In this document: positions 40,184 through 53,748 of the stretch, piece after piece
How the letters are laid out: every line of letters starts with the position of its first letter
How positions within the stretch are numbered: the first letter of the stretch is position 1
Assembly (NCBI RefSeq): GCF_001194135.2
Contig: NC_068984.1
Location: forward strand, 66,144,941-66,208,940
From: Octopus bimaculoides
Lineage: Eukaryota
Reading direction: 5' to 3'
DNA: 64,000 bases
Position numbers and translations under genes: made by a program
Notes under the pieces: generated by a model
Seen by the model: the letters and a program-made list of their open reading frames with translations, nothing else
What the model was told of the DNA's origin: nothing
Database searches by the model: none

Positions 40184-40395
40184 TACGAGGGGATGCTGAA
40201 AATTTGCTGGCTTTAAGGGTATCATGAAACATGTAGTTGGAGGCCCAACCTTCCAAGTTCTTTTACAAGGTTTATGAAAACTGAAGGACTCCTTTCTGAA
40301 TCTGAGAGGGGAGTATGCTGAATAAAATCATAATTAACTGATCCTCCTGTATTTTCTTTTACCTAAAGTCAAGAACTGTTCAGCACTTCCTTGTA
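40184..40395. mobile_element. mariner-like MITE
   Basis: TA-CGAGGGGATGCTGAAAATTT at the left; AACTGTTCAGCACTTCCTTG-TA at the right (reverse complement TA-CAAGGAAGTGCTGAACAGTT); TA target site. Confidence 0.75.
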
Positions 40396-40571
40396 TATAT
40401 ATACAAGGAAGACGNNNNNNNNNNNNNNNNNNNNNNNNNNNNNNNNNNNNNNNNNNNNNNNNNNNNNNNNNNNNNNNNNNNNNNNNNNNNNNNNNNNNNN
40501 NNNNNNNNNNNNNNNNTATATATACATGCTTTCTGTGCGAATGATTTTTATATGGAGGCGTTTTTACAATG

Positions 40572-40809
40572 CTGTAAATAATATAATAATGGTGTTTTTA
40601 TGTAAGCTTAAAGTTTATTGTGATCACAGTGTAATGACTAATGAAAATAGTTTAATAAAGGGGCATATAAGCCCTCATGGATAAGAAAGCCTTCTTTTTT
40701 CAGTCAAGGGGCTTATATGCCCTTTTGTTAGACTATTTTCCTTAGTCATTGCATGGTGATTGCCATATGCTTTAAGCTTATATAAAAATACCATTATTAT
40801 TAGTTACAG
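40572..40809. repeat. Foldback element with about 100-bp imperfect inverted arms and a short loop
   Basis: 40572-40674 pairs with 40708-40809, for example ATAATAATGGT.TTTTTAT.TAAGCTTAAAG, AATGACTAA.GAAAATAGT.TAA and GGGCATATAAGCCC. Confidence 0.85.
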
Positions 40810-40927
40810 GATATATATATATATATATATATATTTCCCATAATAATATTGTATGCAACTTGAGATGTTTGCCTTGCCTTGATGCTTGTTGTCCTCTTTA
40901 ACAATTATCTACATATATATCTATCAA

Positions 40928-40962
<35 letters not shown>

Positions 40963-41099
40963 ATATACATATATATGTATATATATTTGTATGTATGTAT
41001 GGGGGAGGTATATATATATAGTATTTATTCATTTGTTTTGTGTTCTTAATTCCATGCAAGTCTTTTATTCTTGGCCTTATTTGAGACATCATTTTAATG

Positions 41100-41490
41100 C
41101 AAGAGAAGCATCTTCTCTCTCACCATTAGGGGTAGATTGTACAATGGCTGTGCTATAACTGCAATGCTGCATGATAGTAAGATATGAACCTTGAATACGG
41201 AGTACTTGAGAAGAGTGGAAAGAAAGAAGTGAGCACGCTCCATTGGATATATGATATAAGAGTGCATGAACAACACTTCAAATGTGTTGAGGAAAAATCT
41301 GGGATAAATAGGAATCAGATATAGGATGCAAAAAAGATGGCTGCATTGGTATGGGTATGTGAAGTGCTGATTACTTAATGTGGATGGAGTTTCTGTAAGA
41401 GGGAAACCTAAGAAGATATGGTATGATGTGGTGAAATATTCTAAAGGTTTTGAAAATGACAAAGGACTGGGATATCCAGCAATATTTGCT
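41100..41490 (+). mobile_element. RTE-clade LINE C-terminal fragment (degenerate)
   Basis: Frameshifted reading IRGRLYNGCAITAMLHDSK..TEYLRRVER..STLHWIYDIRVHEQ..LRKNLGI..RGKPKKIWYDVVK matches the RTE post-RT region; same family as 8783-8990. Confidence 0.7.
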
Positions 41491-41555
41491 TATTGAGAAG
41501 ATGTACCCATATGGGCAAAACTAGGTTGTGTAAGTGCTGTGGGTGTATGTGTGTG

Positions 41556-41626
<71 letters not shown>

Positions 41627-42632
41627 ACAACTGGGTCTTTCACCCAGTTTCCCCCTAAAAGTATCTCAACCATCCTTCTCTCTGATGGCAGTTTTTTCTT
41701 GAGACCACTAATCTTTCCCACTGCTCTGAACCATTTTACTTCATTCTCATACTGTCCTCTCCACTCTCATTTTACATTGATCTCTTCCCTGAACCACCAA
41801 AGTGTCTCTCACTCTACCCATGCCCTAAATATATCTCTCTTCTCCTCCTCCCACACTCTGGCAACCTCTCCAACTACATAACATCTCTCTCTCTCTTTCT
41901 CTCTCTCTCATCCTTCTCCTGTCTACTGTATCATCATTGCTATTCTGTTGCTCATCACCCTTATGCATCTTTAGCCATCTTCACCCTTTATACAGCAACT
42001 CTATCAGGTTTCTACAGTTCATAATTTCGAGTTTCTAGAGTCGAATCTTCAAACGAAAGTTCAAGTATGAAGCAGAAAACTATTGATAAGAACACTCAGA
42101 TAACGGAAACAAAAACAAAGCACTTGATTGGATGCAAATTAACAACAAAACAAAAAGAATGAATATATATATATAGAGAGAGAAAAATCAGCTGCAGGTA
42201 ATGCAGCTGTTATGTTAAAAACCATTCATAAAATGTCATACAGTCTCTGATATTACAAAGATACTTCAATATTGAATAAAAGAACAAAGTGATATATCAT
42301 GTAATCAAGTAATAACCAGTATATTTAGATACTGGATATAGATACACATATCTATGTATGTGTGTGTGTCCTCCTTTCCATGCAGTAATATTTTTATCAC
42401 ATTATGGAAGAGTTATCTTAGCCGTTTTACGAACATACAAAATATGTTCATTTATTTCTTGTGTTATCAAAATCTTCACCTCAAGAAATAATGAAAAGTG
42501 AATATAACAGATTTTGTATTTTTCTGAAATACCTAACATGGCAGGTTCATGTCGTAATTGTTCCAATTTGAAACACAATCTCAAATGAAATCACTTTTGA
42601 AACATCAACAAGTTCAGTTTAGAAATTCTGTT

Positions 42633-43014
42633 AGTGGCTGTGTGGTAAGAAGCTTGCTTCCCAACCACATGGTTCCAGGTTCAGTCCCACAGTGTGGCAC
42701 TTTGGGCAAGTGTCTTCCACTATAGCCTCAGGCCAACCAAGGCCTTGTGAGTTGATTTGGTAGACAGAAACTGCAAGAAACTTACACACACACATATATA
42801 TATTTATATGTGTGTGTGTCTTTGTGTTTGTGCTTGTCTCCCATCACCACTTGACAACCAGTGTTGGTGTGTTTACGTCCCTGTGACTTAGTGGTTGGCA
42901 TAAAAACTGGTAGACTAGGCATAAAAAATAAATCATGGGGCAATTTGTTCGACTAAAATCCTTCAAGGTGGTGTTCCAGCATGGCCACAATCAAAGGACT
43001 GAGACAAATAAAAG
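42633..43014 (+). mobile_element. Family A SINE, full length
   Basis: A box TGGCTGTGTGG, B box GGTTCAGTCCC, TTGGGCAAGTGTCTTC, GGTAGACAGAAACTG, CTTGACAACC and CCAGCATGGCCACA. Confidence 0.9.
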
Positions 43015-44408
43015 ACTGGCAATCTTTTTGATATCTGACACTCATCCCCACCTTCCCCTCTCAAATACTTCCTTTTTAGTAGTGGAGCTTTTCTTCTCCT
43101 CCTTCTCTGCTCTTTTTTCTGTCTTGCAAGTTGCATGGCAACCTCACCAGTGCCGGTAGCATGAAAAGTGCCCAGTACACTCTGTAAAGCGGTTGGCATT
43201 TGTAAGTGCATCTTACCATAGAAATCATGCCTAAGATGACACTTTCGCTCACCAGTTCCTTGTGAAACCATCCTAACCCATGCCAGCATGAAAAGTGAAC
43301 ATTAAATTATGATAATGTGATTATGATGACGATGATGATGATGACGACGATGACCATGACGACGACCACCACCACCATAATGACCATAATGTTAGTGCTT
43401 ACATTTTATATATCAAAGTGAATTAGTAGTTGTGATGTCAAAAATAATTGTGATGATAATGAGGATTCTTATTATGATGATTACGATCACAATGACAATA
43501 ATAATGATAATAGTGATTTATAATGAGTATGATGAGAGTCATGATGGTTGTGGTGGTGGTGATGGTTATGATTGGCGGGATAATAGTGACACTAATGATA
43601 ACATCAATGACAGTGTTCGTAATAAAAGGGAAGATGGTAATGATTACGATGATGATGTTGATTGAATACATGAACTAAACAACAGTGTTAAAATGAACTG
43701 AGATACAAATACTAACAACGGAAATGATAATTATAAACTCGATTGCTACAGCAACACTTAAGGTTGTTAATTTTAAGGCAAATAAGTTCTAAATTTGCGA
43801 TTTAAACATGAAAACAGTAGCAGCTGTTGCTTACTCATTTATGCTGGGATTTTATGCAGATATCTTGTCTGGGAATTAGGAAATTTTCATTTTCCAACAT
43901 CATCTGCTTCACTGCTTTTCTATATACTATACTGGAAACTGAAGAACAATTCCAAAGCTAGAACATAATTATCTTAAAGGACAATTATTCTTTGTGATAA
44001 TATACTGACAGTATGTTCTTTTTGGGGTTTTTCTTTTTTCATATTTTTTTCTGTGTAATTTACATAGTCACTCATTTTTTATATTTTTGAAAGTCAATTT
44101 GTCGTCTTTCATTTGTTTAATCTTCTTTATCATAACATCTCTTTAATAGTTTATCATGGTTTATTTTCGTTAGTATAAGTCACCAGTTAAGAAAGGGCAA
44201 CAAGTAATAAATTCTAATGATATTTAATGATTTCCAAGTGCCAAATTGGCTCTTTAAAGACTAAAATATTTGACATTCTATATCATCTTTGTGGCTTTTT
44301 TATCTTGGCCATTCTTTAAATAGACCATTTTTTAAAAAATCACAGCTACTTAACATGGAAAACTGTTAACATCTCTAATAGAATAAATACAATCAACCAT
44401 ACTGTAAA

Positions 44409-44453
<45 letters not shown>

Positions 44454-45881
44454 GAAAATCATTTTTTTTTTTTGTTTTCTCTTTTATTTATTTCATTCTA
44501 CTTCTTTGTACTTTTTAAATAGAAATAAACAAACAAAAAAGTGATTATAAATAATTTTAGTGATAGAAAATGATAGCAACAATGCCCAAAAGGAAAATAA
44601 CAAAACAGATAACAACAGTAAGTAATTATTGTTACTAGAAATATTGATAGAATCATTGGCGCATCAAACAAAATTAGTTGTTCTGGCTTATTTGTTCTGT
44701 TTCTTCAGAATTGAGTTCAAATCCTTCTAACATCAAGTTCATCTTACAGCCATGTTGGGGTTGATATACTGAAGTATCAGTGAAGTTCCATTACATTATA
44801 TTATCAAAGCAATCATCTATTCTCACTCTACAAATTTCTGGTTGTGTCTCTATTTTGGACACAGCATCACCACCATCATCGTCATTATCATTATCATCAT
44901 TATCATTTAACATCCATTTACAGTACTGGCATGCATAGGATGGTTTGACAGAAACTGGCAAGTCAGAAGACTGTACCAAACTCTGCTGTCCATTTTAGCA
45001 TGGTTTATATGACTAGGTACCCTTTTTAAATGCCAACCCCTTCATTGAGTGAACTGGGTGCTTTTTATGAAGCAACATCTGCTGCAAGGTAACAAAACAA
45101 CTTGCAGGACAAAACCTGTTAACTGGGGCAGGAAGTAGTATTGAGGGACAGAAAAGATGTCTTGCATTAGAAGAGAAACATGGCTATCTCATATGATAAG
45201 AGAGACAGTGGGAGAGAAAGAGGAGCAGAAGATGGTGTAGATGTAACAGGAAGGGAGAAGGGGCCCATACACCCAATTTACAGAGAAGTATGTATACTGA
45301 AGTGGACCAGGGATTGGAAGGGGTGATGGGTGATGGGTGGGTTCACTATATTGACAAAAGAGAGTTGGAGCAGGAGGTGGGGATGTAATGAGTGGTCACT
45401 GGTAAAGGAAGGGGTTATTGGGAAGATATATTGTGGGGAAGGGGTCTAACTGGAGCACTTTGTGCGCAGATAGGCATATGAGGGAGAATGAAGCAGAAAA
45501 ATACAGCAGTGGTAAACATAGGTGCAAGATGGATTGTTGGGGAGTGGGGTCATGGACATGGATTTTACTTAGCTGGGCAGGTCTGTTGTGAGTATTGATA
45601 TTGTTCCTGTTCACTTTCTTCTTCTTATGTGGGGCTCCACATTCAAGTTACCTCTATTTCCAGATCTCTGTATTTTGTGAGTGCATCTCCGTTTCTTTTA
45701 GAGATACATTATGCTACAAATTCAGAACTATCATTATTATTATTATCATTGTTATTAATTTTATTGTCAATAAATTGCCAATCATGAATTAGTGGGTCAA
45801 TGTATTACTGTCCAACACTTTCAAAATTTCTAGCCTTGTGTTTGTGCAAAAAGATCACCATTATCATTATATTCGTCGTCG

Positions 45882-45918
<37 letters not shown>

Positions 45919-46302
45919 TATTGACAACAGCAACATCAAAAGTAGCAGTGTAGTAGTAGTTGTAGTAGTAGTAGTTGTAGTAGTAGTAGAAGCAGTAGTA
46001 GTAGTAATAGTAGTAGTAGTAGTAGTAGTGTTATTGTTAACATTTTAATGTGCTATTATGCTTATGTGTTTTGTACGTAAATATTATTCTGAGATGAAGG
46101 TGATTTATAGGAATCTGTTTAAGCAACAGGTTAAAACATATTCATAAAAAAAACAAAAAGAATGTTATCTTAAAGATAGTAAACAACATCAACAACAACA
46201 GCAAAAATAAATATCAGCCCATAACTCAATACCTTTAAGCCATTTAAGAGATCTTTTAGAGTTGATCAATACTGAGTTGATATATACAAATGGTGTTGTA
46301 TG

Positions 46303-46338
<36 letters not shown>

Positions 46339-46592
46339 CATACATACATACATGTATATATATATATATANNNNNNNNNNNNNNNNNNATATATAAATAT
46401 ACATATATACATACATATATATATATACACAGAGATACATATATATACATACATATATATATTTATTTATTTATATATATACACATATACACACAAACAC
46501 TCTGCAGGTTCACACACAAGAAACAAATGCACACATACACTTATAAAGAAAGAGAAAGGAGAGTGAGGGAAAGAAACCTATGGAAATAATTA

Positions 46593-46892
46593 TAAGGAAT
46601 TATTATACATTATTTACCTTATTTACATTTGACAGATATTTGTCCTCATCTTGTTTGTTGTTAACACAACGTTTTGGTTGATATACCCTCCANNNNNNNN
46701 NNTAACACAACGTTTTGGTTGATATACCCTCCAGCCTTCATCAGGTGTCTTGGGGAAATTTTGAACCTGGGTTCTCATTCCTAAGGTATATTTTTATGTT
46801 GTTATTATTATTATTATTAAGGTCACTGTCTAGAATCGAACTCAGAATCTTGGGGTTAGTAGCCCGTGCTCTTAACCACTACGCCATATGCC
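46593..46892 (-). mobile_element. tRNA-headed SINE carrying a decayed hammerhead motif
   Basis: Minus strand: GGCATATGGCGTAGTGGTTAAG (A box), GAGTTCGATTCTAG (B box), (AAT)n, body, then GACAC-CTGATGA-A-GGCTG(10 nt)CAACC-AAAA-CG-TT-GTGTT at 46749-46704, and an (AATGTAAAT)-type tail. Confidence 0.7.
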
Positions 46893-46895
46893 ATG

Positions 46896-47050
46896 GGCAT
46901 ATGGCGTAGTGGTTAACCCCAAGATTCCGAGTTCGATTCTAGGCAGTGACCTTAATAATAATCAGCCAAAACGTTGTGTTAACAACAATCAAGATGAGGA
47001 CAAATATCTGTCAAATGTAAATAATGTAAATAATGTACATAATTCCTCAT
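46896..47050 (+). mobile_element. Internally deleted second copy of the same SINE, head-to-head with the first
   Basis: GGCATATGGCGTAGTGGTTAA/CCCCAAGATTCCGAGTTCGATTCTAGGCAGTGACC(AAT)n/CAGCCAAAACGTTGTGTTAACAAC...; only a 3-nt spacer (ATG) separates the two heads. Confidence 0.8.
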
Positions 47051-48576
47051 CTCTTAAATATAGAACTGTAGGAATTATTATCCAGAACACTCCGAAGAGG
47101 AAACTGAGTAACAATATTCTAGGCTTAATCAGGGTTACTTTAATATATGTACTTGCCTTTACATGTGTACTGCAGACCATTTATTTCTATTCATATATAT
47201 TCTGTATATATATATATATATATAAATATATATATAGAAAAATTAAAAGCACAATAAATGAGTATAATATAAATAAGTATAATAAAAAGAAATTTAAATT
47301 GGTTATGAAACACGTGTAATCTTTTTATTATATTTATCTTATGATATTTACTAAAACTGTATATATATATATANNNNNNNNNNNNNNNNNNNNNNNNNNN
47401 NNNNNNNNNNNNNNNNNNNNNNNNNNNNNNNNNNNNNNNNNNNNNNNNNNNNNNNNNNNNNNNNNNNNNNNNNNNNNNNNNNNNNNNNNNNNNNNNNNNN
47501 NNNNNNNNNNNNNNNNNNNNNNNNNNNNNNNNNNNNNNNNNNNNNNNNNNNNNNNNNNNNNNNNNNNNNNNNNNNNNNNNNNNNNNNNNNNNNNNNNNNN
47601 NNNNNNNNNNNNNNNNNNNNNNNNNNNNNNNNNNNNNNNNNNNNNNNNNNNNNNNNNNNNNNNNNNNNNNNNNNNNNNNNNNNNNNNNNNNNNNNNNNNN
47701 NNNNNNNNNNNNNNNNNNNNNNNNNNNNNNNNNNNNNTATATGTGGATAGATATATATATATATGGATAGATAGAGAGATATATATTACATTTACATACA
47801 TATACATGCAAACACACACATGCATACATATTCACATATGTATATGTGTATGCGAAAATATCAAAATCTTTTTTTTATATAGTGAATGAGTGAGAGAGAA
47901 ATAAAAGTTTTTCAAAAAAAAATCCTTTTAAACATATTTACACAAGATATCATACGAAAAGAAACAAACAAACAAAACAGAGCAATGAATATGTAAACAT
48001 GTTAAAGTAAACAAGAGAAAAATATGTTTTCGGGATATGATAAAAAGATGTTTAAGAATCTGAGAAGCATAACTGTGACTGTGAATGAGTAAACATAAAG
48101 TCTGTACAATTAAATCCATTAATACATTATGAAGAATAACTTAAAGGAATTCATATGAAAAGAATGATGCTAAGAGCTTTATGAAAAAAAGAAAAACAAA
48201 AATTGGATATTGAAAACAAAAATTATGTAAAGCTACAAATAAATATTCTGAGACACAAATGCAATGAAGAAAAGTTTAGATGTAGGTATTGGAATTGAAA
48301 TGAAGTACAGGCATCCACAGTGCTATACACAAATGTAATGTACTTGAAACTCTTGTCACTGTGGTATCACTGGCCTCTGTGTAATGTATAAGTCAAGAGG
48401 AAAATTAGGTTTTGTATTGTGGAGTACCATGGTATGACAAAGATTTTCAGGAACATGCAGTTTCCATAATGTGGGAAGTGCTGCTCCATGTTTCTGTGTG
48501 TGTGTGTGTGTGTGTGTGTAGTGTATGCATGTGCATGTATACATATACACACATATTTATATACATGCATACATAC

Positions 48577-48670
<94 letters not shown>

Positions 48671-48673
48671 ATG

Positions 48674-48707
<34 letters not shown>

Positions 48708-49846
48708 CACACATACATACATATACATATACACATATAAATATATGCATATATATATACATACGCATATATTATATATTATATATATATATATATATGT
48801 AGATAATATATACATATGTGTGTTTGTGGGTATCCAGTATGTGTAATATAATTGCATGTGCATATATACAGATATACATCCATATATATATATATATATA
48901 TATAAATATATATATATATGTGGGGGGGGGGGTATTTTGGTAATTGAATTTTCAGTCTTAAGTCCATATTAGCAATAATTATGGAGTTCTCCCTGCAACA
49001 GATTAAGAAAACAAAGAGAAATTTTCATTAGGTTTCTATTCATATCTACTAAGGAATTCTCCTTCCAAGAAAATGATAAATATAGAAGATTATTATTAGT
49101 TAATTTAATCAATAATTTTTTTGATATCAACTAATTTAGATAGATAAAAGAGTTTTTGTATTGAAGATGTAATTGTTTATATATTTTTTTGTTGCAGTTA
49201 CATGTAGCAGAAGACTTAGATACTTAATTGTATACATTTATATATACACACATATATTATTATTGCATGTTATGATGACAAAAGACTATCTTGGACATGA
49301 AAGGGTTTCAATTGGTGTGTGCTTGAGATATAATGAAATGAATTTCGATGGTTGTGGATTGCACTTTGTTGATTGTATTGTCCATTAAAGTGTTTTTGTT
49401 GTTTTGTACTTGTAACTGATGTATGATTGATTAGTTAACACTCACGTTCATAGCACAGACATTTGAATAAATTTTTACAATCCAGCCATCCTTTCACATG
49501 GAATTTCGTCTTTTCTGAACCAAATACCCTGAAGTGACTATATATATATGGAACTGTGATTATGTATATCAGAAAAAAATATATTAAGTCGAAACAATTT
49601 GTTGGCCTTTTATGGTTTTTATAATTATTTATATAATATTATGTTATTTTATATATTATATTCATAGTATTTAATGTTATATTGTAATATAAATAGATTA
49701 TTTGATTGTCAATAGAATATCTCTATATTTAGTTTATATTTATTATTGAATTACACCAATATTTATATAGTATCCAACTGAAGTACCAGTGAATTGGATA
49801 TTTAACACAGCCCTTTGAAGGATTTCTTTTCCTCAGTTTGTTACCT

Positions 49847-49879
<33 letters not shown>

Positions 49880-49911
49880 ATGTGTGTGTGGGTGTGTGTA
49901 TATATGTGTGC

Positions 49912-49948
<37 letters not shown>

Positions 49949-50147
49949 CACAACTACAGTGTGGAAGAAGTTTGTAAGCTCTTCAAGAAGACACAAGAAC
50001 CATTGGTTTCACTTCACCATTTAAATTTCATTTGTGTCAAAATATTTTCGGCACTTTGAAACCACAAACTGTTCACTGACAAAATTCCGTGCTGCATCTG
50101 AGAAAGTAACAGTTAATTCATAATGTATATGTGTCTATGTATGTATG

Positions 50148-50181
<34 letters not shown>

Positions 50182-51040
50182 TGTATGTATGTATGTATGC
50201 ATATATGTGTGCATGTATGCATGCATGTGTACACACACACACACATATATTTGCCACTATGTTAAACTGTCGTATGTCTAAATTTGGCCAAATGTGTTTT
50301 TCAATATTAATTTTTGCTTGCAATAGCTGATACTTTTAGTCAAACTATCATATCTCCAGCTGCTTCAGATGCCAATATATCAAAAGTTATCTAAGTGTAG
50401 TACAATGGTTTTGCTATGGGGTGGTGAAACTTTTTTGTTTCCTGAACAAGCAACCTTTTTGTACTCATGACACATTATATATATATANNNNNNNNNNTAT
50501 GTATGTATATAACTAATGGGATCCAACACAATCTCCATCTTCTAAATTTAACCCAACATGAGACTGTAGAGAAATTGATATCAGACTCACATTGTTGCAC
50601 TATTTAGCTACATGCCATACCATGCTTGCACTCCTATAACACATAAATGTTTTGATTGTTGCTCATTGCAAGAACAAACCAGTTTTAGAGAAAAATAAGG
50701 AGTAGGAGTAAGGTTTAAATATGCTATATGAAAAATTGATAGTAAGATTGAAAGAAGGATGCATGTGCATTGTGTGGGTTGAACTGTTTAGCCATTTAGA
50801 CTAGACATATCTGGCCCAAATATTCTCCTGTTTTATGTTCAAACTGACCAGATCTGGCCTCTTACATCTAACCTACAATGTCATTTTTAAAATAAACAAT
50901 CACATCATCAAAATCTTGAAGCGACAAGGTAATGCGTGCTTTATTCAAAACAATGTGAATAATTAAGCATTATATTTGACAGAGCAATCTGAATGCTAAA
51001 GGGTTACAGGCAAGTTCAATAATGTAGTAGTAGCAGTAGC

Positions 51041-51074
<34 letters not shown>

Positions 51075-51734
51075 TCAGAGGAAGAGGAGCAGGAAGAAAC
51101 CAGTGCAAGACAGTGATAAACAGGAAAGAAAGTTTAACTTGCAGTCACAATGTTTCTTCCTTCCAGGGAATCTAGAGAATATGTGTGTGTATGTGTGTAT
51201 TTCTGTGAGAGTGCATGCATGCGTGCGTGTGTGTGTGAATCTGTCTGTGTGAGTGTATCTTGTAGATGATGACATCTCTGCTTCATGTATATATAAGCAA
51301 TTCTGTTGTCTACGAGGCGAAAATTCGCCATATTATGTAAAAGTAGGTTTAACAGACTGTAGTTATTTTATAGCTCTGATAAAGAAGCACAACTTTTATG
51401 GGGGTGTAGCATCACCATGGACAAACATAAGCCTGGAGTCTGTCAGACCCCAAGAGTTTGTAAGGCAATATTGTTCATAAAGAGGGATGTATTGTATATT
51501 GTGTTATGAGTAAATTCTTTCAAATGGCTGGTTTGGGTGTTGCTGGGAGAGGAGACAGATGTCACACATGCACACTAATATATATAAACAAATGCATATA
51601 CACACACAAACATACAAACACAAACACACACACACACACACACACACATGCACACACACACATTTGCATGCATTTATTATAAAGTATGCATGAATATTAT
51701 GGATATGCATACAGAGTATACATATATAATATGA

Positions 51735-51766
<32 letters not shown>

Positions 51767-52152
51767 NNNNNNNNNNNNNNNNNNNNNNNNNNNNNNNNNN
51801 NNNNNNNNNNNNNNNNNNNNNNNNNNNNNNNNNNNNNNNNNNNNNNNNNNNNNNNNNNNNNNNNNNNNNNNNNNNNNNNNNNNNNNNNNNNNNNNNNNNN
51901 NNNNNNNNNNNNNNNNNNNNNNNNNNNNNNNNNNNNNNNNNNNNNNNNNNNNNNNNNNNNNNNNNNNNNNNNNNNNNNNNNNNNNNNNNNNNNNNNNNNN
52001 NNNNNNNNNNNNNNNNNNNNNNNNNNNNNNNNNNNNNNNNNNNNNNNNNNNNNNNNNNNNNNNNNNNNNNNNNNNNNNNNNNNNNNNNNNNNNNNNNNNN
52101 NNNNNNNNNNNNNNNNNNNNNNNNNNNNNNNNNNNNNNNNNNNNNNNNNNNN

Positions 52153-52201
<49 letters not shown>

Positions 52202-53159
52202 TATATATATATACATTTACTCATACACACACACATATATTTATATCCATACATATATACATACATATTCTGAACAATTTTTCTTTAAGTGGACAAGTAT
52301 TGAAGTATTGAATGAATCAGTATAACAACAATACAATGAATCCCGCTAGCAGACTAACCAGAATTCAATTCCCATTTTATTACTGTATACTGTCAATATC
52401 TTGACCACTTGGGAAATGTGGTGCCATATTAAACAATGTGTCATGTTATTCACATTTAACAGTGATATCTGAAATATTGCCCTTTGTGTTTCAATTGCTT
52501 TCACTTCACTGACAACTAATAATAGTTAATAATGGATCTCCGTCAGTTATGATGACGAGTTGTTGATCAAGTGAAATATCTATTCATTTATTTATAGTGT
52601 GTTAGTGGCTGAGTATCCCACAGACATGTGTGACCTTAATGCTGTTCTCAAGTGAAATATAATTTAGTCAGTGTGTGCATGACAAGGCTGGTTGGTTCAT
52701 TGAATTACAGATATACAGTTGTAGTCTATCTGATGAGTTTCCACATTGTTCTGTCACTCTATTCTCACTCGTATGGCTTGGGTTGACTCAAGGCTGTGGA
52801 TTGTCTTGCCTTATGTGACACTGTATGGCACTTAGGACAAATCAAATGGTTCTTGACTTAGCTTCATACTTGGATTCCTAAGTTCAAACCCTGGACCTCA
52901 TCATCTGGAACTACTTAACTACAAACATGCCTGGGTAATTTACATATATACACACATATATATATATATATACATATATGTATATGTATATGTATATATA
53001 TGTATTTATATGCGTGTGTGTATTTGTGAGAGTGTATTTGTATGTGTAAGTATATACATATAGGTGTATACGTATAAATATATATATATATATATACATA
53101 TATATATGTGTGTGTATGCATATATATATGTGTGTATATATATATATATATATACACAC

Positions 53160-53202
<43 letters not shown>

Positions 53203-53717
53203 NNNNNNNNNNNNNNNNNNNNNNNNNNNNNNNNNNNNNNNNNNNNNNNNNNNNNNNNNNNNNNNNNNNNNNNNNNNNNNNNNNNNNNNNNNNNNNNNNN
53301 NNNNNNNNNNNNNNNNNNNNNNNNNNNNNNNNNNNNNNNNNNNNNNNNNNNNNNNNNNNNNNNNNNNNNNNNNNNNNNNNNNNNNNNNNNNNNNNNNNNN
53401 NNNNNNNNNNNNNNNNNNNNNNNNNNNNNNNNNNNNNNNNNNNNNNNNNNNNNNNNNNNNNNNNNNNNNNNNNNNNNNNNNNNNNNNNNNNNNNNNNNNN
53501 NNNNNNNNNNNNNNNNNNNNNNNNNNNNNNNNNNNNNNNNNNNNNNNNNNNNNNNNNNNNNNNNNNNNNNNNNNNNNNNNNNNNNNNNNNNNNNNNNNNN
53601 NNNNNNNNNNNNNNNNNNNNNNNNNNNNNNNNNNNNNNNNNNNNNNNNNNNNNNNNNNNNNNNNNNNNNNNNNNNNNNNNNNNNNNNNNNNNNNNNNNNN
53701 NNNNNNNNNNNNNNNNN

Positions 53718-53748
<31 letters not shown>

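Noticed and set aside
46662-46733. Direct repeat TAACACAACGTTTTGGTTGATATACCCTCCA on both sides of a 10-N gap
   Set aside because: An unmerged contig overlap (assembly artefact), so it is not evidence for tandem hammerheads.
48412-48500. Protein-like [26 protein letters not shown]
   Set aside because: No convincing splice sites, and frames are equally open on the minus strand.
51261-51460. Open frame of about 65 codons ending at TTT|GTAAGG
   Set aside because: No recognisable homology and ambiguous acceptor and frame; left uncalled.
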